From Candidatus Nanopusillus sp. (lineage in GTDB: Archaea; Nanobdellota; Nanobdellia; Nanobdellales; Nanobdellaceae): DNA of 14,810 nt. Numbering within the stretch: position 1 is the stretch's first letter; each line of letters opens with the position of its first letter. The notes beneath the pieces were generated by a model, which saw nothing but the letters and a program-made list of their open reading frames with translations, did not search any database and was not told where the DNA came from. The translations under genes were made by a program, and so were the position numbers. The DNA is taken from NCBI GenBank assembly GCA_028276785.1, contig JAPYVP010000012.1, forward strand, positions 1 to 14,810, written 5' to 3'. Positions 1 to 6,421 of the stretch are shown piece by piece.

Positions 1-603
1 TACATTTAAATATTGGATTTGTATTGGATATAAATCAGCATTATATACATAGAATGAATATGGATCAACAGTATAATTAACAAAACTTGTTACATTTGTT
101 AAATTTAAATATATAGATAAATTATTGCTAGAATACCTAGATATTATTATTCCATACCAATCATTACTTGATGCCATATTTCCACATATTCTTCCTTGAG
201 AATTATATATTAAGAAAAAGTTATTAACCTGTCCGCTTATATTTAGTGAATATAATAAATTACTTCCAAGATATGGAAATGGAAATGGAAATTCATAACA
301 TGTTGAATTGTAAGTATTATAAAAATTTAAAGTATAATATATAGTTTGTTTTAGATTATAACTGTTAAAATGACTTGATAACATACTATTATATATTGAA
401 GCTAGTACGTCAAATTGATTTGTTTCTAAAAAACTAATAAATTTATCATTATAAGTATTTGCTAAAGCTGTATATAATATATACTTTTTATTAAATTCAT
501 TTATATAATTCGAAGGATTTTGGGGGAATTGCAAATTTATTAAGAATATTAATATCAAAGATACAACCAAGATTATTTCTACCAAATAATTAAAGGATCT
601 CAT
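1..603 (-). CDS. Partial exported/anchored N/Y/S-rich surface protein with pilin-like N-terminus; its C-terminal part lies beyond the window edge
   Basis: Absent from the supplied track because it runs off the window. ATG at 603-601 (minus) opens a 201-codon frame with no stop down to position 1 (MRSFNYLVEIILVVSLILIFLINLQFPQNPSNYINEFNKKY...). That is improbable by chance in DNA this AT-rich. A short basic N-terminus and a ~20-aa hydrophobic helix are followed by a polar N/Y/S-rich body. Confidence 0.6.
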   Translation of the reverse strand, partial: MRSFNYLVEIILVVSLILIFLINLQFPQNPSNYINEFNKKYILYTALANTYNDKFISFLETNQFDVLASIYNSMLSSHFNSYNLKQTIYYTLNFYNTYNSTCYEFPFPFPYLGSNLLYSLNISGQVNNFFLIYNSQGRICGNMASSNDWYGIIISRYSSNNLSIYLNLTNVTSFVNYTVDPYSFYVYNADLYPIQIQYLNV

Positions 604-627
604 ATACCTAATTATGAAAAAAATAAG

Positions 628-635
628 TTTATATA
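628..635. promoter_or_regulatory. TATA-like box TTTATATA midway between divergent start codons 603 (-) and 658 (+)
   Basis: The box centre (631.5) is 26.5 nt from the ATG at 658 and 28.5 nt from the ATG at 603. Archaeal TATA boxes lie about 26-27 nt upstream of the transcription start. No Shine-Dalgarno-like sequence is present. Confidence 0.4.
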
Positions 636-657
636 TTTTTTTAAGAATATGTAAGAA

Positions 658-1536
658 ATGAGCATATTAATGAAAATTTTATCATTTATAGAAAATAATT
701 ATAAAAAGTTCCTACTACTTTCTATATCGCTATTTGCAATATTTATCGGAATAATATTATTCAATTACTTTAAATATGGGTATATAATTAATAAATCTAT
801 TACAATTTCTGGAGGTTATGTAACATTAATAAATAATAATTATAATTTAACAAACACGGAAATACAAAATATATTAAATCAGATGAATATAACAGATTAT
901 GTATTGTATAGTACGCCAAATATTATTTATATAGAGTCAAGAGATCAAATTAATAGAACATTATTAATTAACTTATTAAATCAATATTATAATATTAGTA
1001 TACAGCCTTCAGATATATCAATACAACAGTATAGTTCTCTAGTAGGTGATCTAATATTTAATCAATTTTTATTCTTCGTAATTCTAGCAATGATACTTGC
1101 AGCATTTGTAATATTTATAGCATTTAGAGTTTCAAACACTACCTTAAATATAATATCTACCATATTATTTGACATTATCGGATTGCTAGCAATATTGTCC
1201 ATAACAAAATATCCTATAGGAGCAAATGGTTTTATTGCAATGTTAATGATTTTGGGATTTGCAATTGATAATAATGTAGTACTATCAACAAATATGATAA
1301 AAGAAAAAGATAAACCATTTATTGAAAGGGTAAAAATGTCTTTTAGGGTTGGGATGCTAATGGAAATTATTGCATTATATACACTACTTTTATTATATTT
1401 TATAGTACCAGATCCATCTGTTAATGAATTTGCATTTGTATTATCTACTGCAACAATATTGGATCTAATATACTATCTAATTGGAAATATACCACTGTAT
1501 AAATATTTTGAAGCTAAAAAAGAACAAGAAGGTTAG
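658..1536 (+). CDS. SecD/SecF-family protein-export membrane protein (SecF-like size)
   Basis: 292 aa. One N-terminal TM helix, a ~90-aa extracytoplasmic loop, then five TM helices. LMILGFAIDNNVVLSTNMIKEK resembles the conserved SecD/F segment (LtiiGYSiNDtIVvfDRirE, recalled from the family). The length fits archaeal SecF. Confidence 0.55.
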   Translation: MSILMKILSFIENNYKKFLLLSISLFAIFIGIILFNYFKYGYIINKSITISGGYVTLINNNYNLTNTEIQNILNQMNITDYVLYSTPNIIYIESRDQINRTLLINLLNQYYNISIQPSDISIQQYSSLVGDLIFNQFLFFVILAMILAAFVIFIAFRVSNTTLNIISTILFDIIGLLAILSITKYPIGANGFIAMLMILGFAIDNNVVLSTNMIKEKDKPFIERVKMSFRVGMLMEIIALYTLLLLYFIVPDPSVNEFAFVLSTATILDLIYYLIGNIPLYKYFEAKKEQEG

Positions 1537-1991
1537 ACATCAACAACAAGTTCCGCACTCCAATAGGTCTTCATTATTTTTGTAATATTTATATCATGTA
1601 AAGTAACTGCTTTAACTTCTTTTTTAAATCCATGTTTTTCTTTATCATATTTTTCTCCATAAACCTCAAATCTACATACCCATTTATATTTCTTACTTTC
1701 AACTCTTACTTTTTTTAAATTTTTTACTCTTATATCTCTTACAGCAAACTTGTCTTTATAAAAAATATCCTCTAAACATATTCTAGCTACATTGTATATA
1801 ATCTCCAATACATTTTTTCCTTCAATTATGAATTGTTTAGATTCTTTTTTCTCAACTTTTTCATTATCATATATAATATTGAACATACCCAATATTAATG
1901 CCTCGATCGCTCTCTTTGGTGTATTTCCATAACCAACAATCTTTATATCCGCAGTATGATCTTCATATTCATACTCCCTCAAAACAGTCAT
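1533..1991 (-). CDS. Archease (activator/chaperone of RtcB tRNA ligase and tRNA m5C methyltransferase)
   Basis: 152 aa. N-terminal YEDHTADIKI (family HTAD motif) and C-terminal VKAVTLHDINI...WSAELVVDV, both typical of archease. The size is typical. Confidence 0.8.
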   Translation of the reverse strand: MTVLREYEYEDHTADIKIVGYGNTPKRAIEALILGMFNIIYDNEKVEKKESKQFIIEGKNVLEIIYNVARICLEDIFYKDKFAVRDIRVKNLKKVRVESKKYKWVCRFEVYGEKYDKEKHGFKKEVKAVTLHDINITKIMKTYWSAELVVDV

Positions 1992-2013
1992 ATTAAGAAT
2001 ATTTTTAAATAGT

Positions 2014-2021
2014 TTTATAAA
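2014..2021 (-). promoter_or_regulatory. Palindromic TATA box TTTATAAA upstream of archease
   Basis: Centre 2017.5 is 26.5 nt from the archease ATG (1991), implying a leaderless mRNA. It directly abuts the D box of the C/D sRNA. Confidence 0.45.
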
Positions 2022-2069
2022 TCAGTAGACCGACAACTCATCATTTTTCAGATTTTAGAGTTTCATCAT
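2022..2069 (-). ncRNA. Box C/D sRNA (2'-O-methylation guide)
   Basis: The minus strand reads AUGAUGA-AACUCUAAAAU-CUGA-AAA-AUGAUGA-GUUGUCGGUCUA-CUGA. Positions are C box 2069-2063, D' 2051-2048, C' 2044-2038 and D 2025-2022. All four boxes are perfect, the guide spacers are 11 and 12 nt, and the D'-C' linker is 3 nt. It lies in the archease/PEBP intergenic region. Confidence 0.85.
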
Positions 2070-2109
2070 AAAAGATAAATATATTAAAATTTTTAAATAA
2101 ATATATTTT

Positions 2110-2616
2110 ATGGAAGTATTAGATATAAAAATACCCGATAATGCAATAAAAGTGAATGTATATTCAAGTTCCTTTAGAGATTTAGAAAAAATACCAAAAG
2201 ATTATACATGTGAAGGAAAAAATATATCATTTCCAATAATAATTGAAGAAATACCAAACAACACAAAAAGTATGTTATTATTTGTAGAGGATCCGGATGC
2301 ACCTGGTGGTATATTCAGACATTGGATTGCATATATAAGTAAACCAATAAAAAATATACCTCCAGGAATTAAAAAGGAAAGAATTGTTAAAATAGATGAT
2401 GTACAAATTATTCAGGGTAAAAATGACTTTGGAAAAATTGGATATGATGGACCATGTCCTCCAAAGGGTCATGGTAAACATAGATATTATACAATAATAT
2501 TATTTCTAAATAAAGAATTGTATATAGATGGTTGGTTCTTTGAAGATTTTATCAAATATGCAAAAGAAGAAAATATTATTGGTTATGGATATTTTATAGG
2601 TATATACGAGAGATAA
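2110..2616 (+). CDS. PEBP / YbhB-YbcL family (Raf kinase inhibitor-like) protein
   Basis: 168 aa. Family motifs are VEDPDAPGG...RHW and GYDGPCPPKGHGKHRY. Confidence 0.85.
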   Translation: MEVLDIKIPDNAIKVNVYSSSFRDLEKIPKDYTCEGKNISFPIIIEEIPNNTKSMLLFVEDPDAPGGIFRHWIAYISKPIKNIPPGIKKERIVKIDDVQIIQGKNDFGKIGYDGPCPPKGHGKHRYYTIILFLNKELYIDGWFFEDFIKYAKEENIIGYGYFIGIYER

Positions 2617-2647
2617 TTTTTTCAATATTTTTATCATTTAAACTAAT

Positions 2648-3040
2648 ATGGAAAATACTCAAATATCAAAAGAACAAATTAATGATATAATAAAAGAATT
2701 ATGGAATAAAGGTTATACACCATCACAAATTGGAAGAGAATTAAAGGAAAAATATAATATAAGAGTTAAAGATGTACTAAATAAAAAACTAGTAAGATAT
2801 GCAATAAAAGAACTAAATTTAAAACAAGAAATACCGGAAGATTTATTATATTTATTTAAGAAAATAAATAGAATGTTAAAACATTTAGAATTACATAAAA
2901 AGGACATTGTAACAAAGAAAAAACTAGAAGAATTGGAAAATAGGGTAAAAAGTTTAATAAAATATTATAAGAAAAATAAAAAATTGCCACAAACCTTTGA
3001 ATATAGTAGAGATATAGCAAAGATGTATGGTTATTCATGA
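2648..3040 (+). CDS. rps15: 30S ribosomal protein uS15 (archaeal S15P/S13e), N-terminally short
   Basis: 130 aa. GYTPSQIGRELKEKY, EIPEDLLYLFKKINRMLKHLELHKKD and IKYYKKNKKLPQTFEY match the S13e/S15P pattern (TPSQIG, PEDL, RKHLE..KD, YYK..g.LP..w.Y). Confidence 0.85.
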   Translation: MENTQISKEQINDIIKELWNKGYTPSQIGRELKEKYNIRVKDVLNKKLVRYAIKELNLKQEIPEDLLYLFKKINRMLKHLELHKKDIVTKKKLEELENRVKSLIKYYKKNKKLPQTFEYSRDIAKMYGYS

Positions 3041-4419
3041 ACAATAGGTTTTTATCTTATATAGAAGAGATATCTAATAGAATAAGTAAAGCAGTAGAAA
3101 ATAATCAAAATTTTTTGATTATATCCTCATTAAATCCAGATGGTTTATCTTCTTCAATATTTTTACTAAAATATTTATATGAAAAAAATTCAGAAGTTCA
3201 TTTAACATTTCTAGATTATATAGGTAAAAAGGAAATTAATAATTTATTTTTGGGCGAAAGTGGGTATGAATATGATAATATAATATTTTTGGATATTGGA
3301 TCAATATTTTCAGATGATATAATAAAATTAAATAAAGATTTAAATAAAAAGATATATATAATAGATCATCATTTTTTAACAATGAAAGATGTTGAATTAA
3401 ATAATGTTGTAAATCTCAACCCAAATATTTTTAATTTAGATGGTTATAAAGAAATATCCACATCAAATATTTTATATTATTTATATAAAAACCTAAATCC
3501 ATATGATAAAAATATTCTATACTTATCATTAGTTGGAAATTTATATGATTTCGATAGGCCGAATAATGAAATTTTAAATGAATTAATTGATAGAGAAATA
3601 TTATCAAAATATACTGGAATAAATCTTCCCGGTATATTTACAAAACCTTTATATAAAGTATTAAGTCTACCATTTAATTTTTATATCCCAAATATTACTG
3701 GGAGTGATGAAAAGGCTTTGGAATTAATAAAAGAATTAAATATAAAGGATAAGGGCACCGCTGGTATATTTTATAAAGACTTGTCCGAAGAGAATATTAA
3801 AAAACTAGTTAGTAGTATAATAAAATTAAAATTAAAATATAATTTACAAAGAACTGATGATTTAATAGGTGAAATATACAAAATTAATAAAAGTGAGGAG
3901 ATTGGGGATTTATTAGAATTATTATATAATATTGAAGGGTTAATTGAGAACAATAAAAGAGAAGGTATATTATATTTCATTAAAAAATACAATATAGATA
4001 TTTTAAAGGAATCTGAAAATATTTTAAGATTGCAATTTTCAAAATTATTATATGATATAATAAATAATAACATACAAATAAAAGATGATAATGGACTAAA
4101 GATATTAACAATTGAAAAAAATTATGGAAATGGATACTTTTTACCTCTATTATTAAATCTTTTAATTAAAGAAAATATAGTAAATGGAAAGGTTATTATT
4201 TTATTGTATAAATTAAATAATTTTTATAGGGGGGTTATCAAAACGACTAAAGATGAAAATAAAAAATTAATAAATAATATACTAAAAAAACTGTTCGATA
4301 ATAATTTAATTTATTATTCCAGTTTTGATAATTTTGGAGGTTTTTTATTAGATATAAATAATTATGAAGAATTTATTAAAAAATTAAAAATAAATTTAAG
4401 ACAAGAAAATCTTATATAA
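3037..4419 (+). CDS. RecJ/Cdc45-like (GAN-type) DHH-family protein with partly degenerate catalytic motifs
   Basis: 460 aa. DHH motif III is intact (IIDHHF). Motif II is IIFLDIGS and motif IV is GNLYDFD. Motif I reads LNPDG, so the first Asp is replaced by Asn. The C-terminal DHHA1 GGGH position reads NFGGF. Its start overlaps the rps15 stop (ATGA). Confidence 0.65.
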   Translation: MNNRFLSYIEEISNRISKAVENNQNFLIISSLNPDGLSSSIFLLKYLYEKNSEVHLTFLDYIGKKEINNLFLGESGYEYDNIIFLDIGSIFSDDIIKLNKDLNKKIYIIDHHFLTMKDVELNNVVNLNPNIFNLDGYKEISTSNILYYLYKNLNPYDKNILYLSLVGNLYDFDRPNNEILNELIDREILSKYTGINLPGIFTKPLYKVLSLPFNFYIPNITGSDEKALELIKELNIKDKGTAGIFYKDLSEENIKKLVSSIIKLKLKYNLQRTDDLIGEIYKINKSEEIGDLLELLYNIEGLIENNKREGILYFIKKYNIDILKESENILRLQFSKLLYDIINNNIQIKDDNGLKILTIEKNYGNGYFLPLLLNLLIKENIVNGKVIILLYKLNNFYRGVIKTTKDENKKLINNILKKLFDNNLIYYSSFDNFGGFLLDINNYEEFIKKLKINLRQENLI

Positions 4420-4972
4420 GTTTCTTTTCCTTCAATCTATAAAATCCCTTCTTTAATATTTTTCTAATAATATATCTTTTATTTAATCCTCCCAATTTGA
4501 TTGCAGCCTTTCTTAAACTTCCACTTTCAATTAATATATTTAATATTTTTCTTTCTTTTTCATTTAATTTTTCATCATATTTTAATATTAATTTTGCTAA
4601 TTCAATTAAATCAACCTTTTTTCCACCCCAAGCAAATTCTTCAGAAGATATATTATTTATTATTTCTATAGGTTCAAATTCTATAATTGCAACTTCTCTA
4701 TTTAAATCTAACCTCTTGTATATTCTTTTTAAATCATTTATCAATTCTTCCTTATTATTATAACCATCTCTTTTTGCCTCTTCATCTGTTATTTGATATA
4801 ATTTTTTTGTATATATATTTTTTACTCTAAATTTTCCAATTACTTTTCCTCCAGCATGTAAAATAAAAATATCTCCTGGTTTTAAATTTGCCTTTGATAA
4901 TCTTATAGTTAAATTCTTTTTTCCCTTTATTATATCATCTATATATTTTCCAAAAAATTGTAAATGTTTCAT
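4412..4972 (-). CDS. ASCH (PUA-like) domain protein with C-terminal helix-turn-helix
   Basis: 186 aa. The N-terminal ~105 aa fit the ASCH pattern (F..KYID.I..GKK..TIR......PGDIFILH...KVIG.F.V..I....Y.ITDEEAK.DGY...EL...L...Y......VAIIEF). The C-terminal EKERKILNILIESGSLRKAAIKLGGLNKRYIIRKILKKG looks like an HTH. Confidence 0.65.
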   Translation of the reverse strand: MKHLQFFGKYIDDIIKGKKNLTIRLSKANLKPGDIFILHAGGKVIGKFRVKNIYTKKLYQITDEEAKRDGYNNKEELINDLKRIYKRLDLNREVAIIEFEPIEIINNISSEEFAWGGKKVDLIELAKLILKYDEKLNEKERKILNILIESGSLRKAAIKLGGLNKRYIIRKILKKGFYRLKEKKLI

Positions 4973-5583
4973 TAACCCTCAATTGGCGAAGGTTGTGTAG
5001 ATACACTTTCTACCTTATATACAGAGGCTCTACCATATTTATATGCTCCATATACCATAAATAAAGCAATTAATACTGCAGCAATTATGAGTAAGATAAG
5101 TGCTGTCTGAGAATTTCTATCTTCACTACCAAACTGATCTTTTAATACACTAAGTGCTGTAGAGAATCCTTGTATATATGTATATACATTCCAAATAGTA
5201 GCAATACTATTGAATGCTGCAATAAGTATATCAAAGATATTTTTTGTTTTTGATGCAACCATTATACTATTAGCAGTTATAATTATTCCAAACACTATTA
5301 TTAAGAATCCAAATACTAAGAATGAAAATGAAAGAACTCCTAATAACGTATATATATCAATATATCCCATATAATATGCTCCAACTGATAATAATGCTGC
5401 ATTACCATATGCCGCGCCTGCAAATGATAATATTAATGCAGAATATGCAACCATTCTTGGCCAATCACTTTCTATATTATTTAATTTCATATATTCCAAT
5501 GCTCTTCCAGCATTATATGCATTCCATATAGATATTAGTATATTAAATATTGAAATCAATATGTAGAATATGTCTACAGCCAT
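4972..5583 (-). CDS. Polytopic membrane protein of unknown function with an internal duplication
   Basis: 203 aa, about 5 hydrophobic helices. Residues 4-23 (DIFYILISIFNILISIWNAY) and 115-134 (NIFDILIAAFNSIATIWNVY) are clearly homologous. Its stop overlaps the ASCH gene start by 1 nt (TAATG), which suggests an operon. Confidence 0.6.
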   Translation of the reverse strand: MAVDIFYILISIFNILISIWNAYNAGRALEYMKLNNIESDWPRMVAYSALILSFAGAAYGNAALLSVGAYYMGYIDIYTLLGVLSFSFLVFGFLIIVFGIIITANSIMVASKTKNIFDILIAAFNSIATIWNVYTYIQGFSTALSVLKDQFGSEDRNSQTALILLIIAAVLIALFMVYGAYKYGRASVYKVESVSTQPSPIEG

Positions 5584-5654
5584 AATCTTTTCTTTATGGG
5601 ATATATGTTTAAAAAATTAACATTTTAATATTTCAAAGATTTTACTTAATTATA

Positions 5655-6314
5655 ATGACGATAGATATAATATCATTGTTTCAAGCATTCTCAACAATAT
5701 TTGTGTCTACATTGACAAATGTAGAAATTATATGGGTTACATATCCGGTTTATATAGTATGGTTTTCGATGGAATTGTTTATAGAAAGAATAAGATTTAC
5801 ATATGGACACTCATTAGCAAATAGTATTATATTTTCATGGGTTTCTGTGGATTGGTTAAGACATATATATTTACATCATGAATTTGATGATTATAATAAG
5901 TTAATTTTAACAATATTTTTCCTATCATTATCTATATTTACATTAATAGCGTCTATAAAAAGAAAGAAAATTGCAAAAATATTGGGAAGGACAGGTTCTT
6001 TTGCATATTTCCAGATTATGTTTACACCATTTATATACGGTATAATTGAATTTACTTATATAAATTTTCTTGCAGTAATAATTTTCTACCCATTAATGTA
6101 TTTTGCTGTATATGTAATAGATAGATTAGTGCCAGAATTCATTGAAGAAGAACTTGAAGGAAAAAAATTTGAAGAAGAGAACAATGAAGAAGATACAGAT
6201 AATTTTGCTGAAAGTAATTTACAATATAGTCAACAAAATTACAGTAATTATTATAATTATTATGGATATAATTACGGAAATTATTATGGAAACTATTACA
6301 GATATCGAAGATAG
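5655..6314 (+). CDS. Polytopic membrane protein with an acidic linker and a Tyr/Asn/Gly low-complexity C-terminal tail
   Basis: 219 aa, about 6 hydrophobic helices. These are followed by EFIEEELEGKKFEEENNEEDTDNFAES and QYSQQNYSNYYNYYGYNYGNYYGNYYRYRR. I recognise no family. Confidence 0.55.
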   Translation: MTIDIISLFQAFSTIFVSTLTNVEIIWVTYPVYIVWFSMELFIERIRFTYGHSLANSIIFSWVSVDWLRHIYLHHEFDDYNKLILTIFFLSLSIFTLIASIKRKKIAKILGRTGSFAYFQIMFTPFIYGIIEFTYINFLAVIIFYPLMYFAVYVIDRLVPEFIEEELEGKKFEEENNEEDTDNFAESNLQYSQQNYSNYYNYYGYNYGNYYGNYYRYRR

Positions 6315-6384
6315 CCCCGACCGGGATTTGAACCCGGGACCTGTGGATTACGAGTCCACCGCTCTACCACTGAGCTATCGGGGC
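6313..6384 (-). tRNA. tRNA-Thr: tRNA-Thr (anticodon CGU), 72 nt, no encoded CCA
   Basis: Hand-folded cloverleaf: GCCCCGA/UCGGGGC acceptor, GCUC/GAGC D stem, GUGGA-CUCGUAA-UCCAC anticodon arm, AGGUC variable loop, CCGGG-UUCAAAU-CCCGG T arm, discriminator U. Confidence 0.9.
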
Positions 6385-6391
6385 CCATATT

Positions 6392-6399
6392 TTTAAATA
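6392..6399 (+). promoter_or_regulatory. TATA-like box TTTAAATA upstream of the second DHH gene
   Basis: Centre 6395.5 is 26.5 nt from the ATG at 6422. It lies only 8-15 nt from the tRNA-Thr 5' end on the other strand. Confidence 0.4.
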
Positions 6400-6421
6400 T
6401 TATTTTGTATTTCAATATTAA

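Noticed and set aside
278-296. A short tandem repeat (GGAAAT)x3.
   Set aside because: It lies in frame within the partial surface-protein CDS, encoding FPFPFP on the minus strand. It is too short to call a repeat element.
2278-2481. Antisense or overlapping ORFs from the track: 2278-2481, 2713-2907, 2856-3044, 3771-4073, 4497-4763, 5322-5531, 6418-6678, 7293-7481, 9298-9546, 13049-13363 and 14436-14735.
   Set aside because: All lie inside, and mostly antisense to, longer ORFs that carry recognisable family motifs. Their translations are low-complexity I/L/F/S/N strings typical of shadow frames in AT-rich DNA.
6142-6396. An 84-aa ORF (+) and the 60-aa ORF at 8047-8229 (-), both containing the peptide DLNPGP.
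   Set aside because: Both read straight through tRNA genes. DLNPGP is simply the T-arm sequence (GGTTCAAATCC and its complement) translated, so these are artefacts.
6385-6421. A leaderless-transcription promoter for tRNA-Thr, analogous to tRNA-Met.
   Set aside because: The sequence 26 nt upstream of the tRNA 5' end (minus sense TGAAATAC) is not a convincing TATA box. Better AT boxes sit at other distances. The fixed-spacing claim is therefore made for tRNA-Met only.
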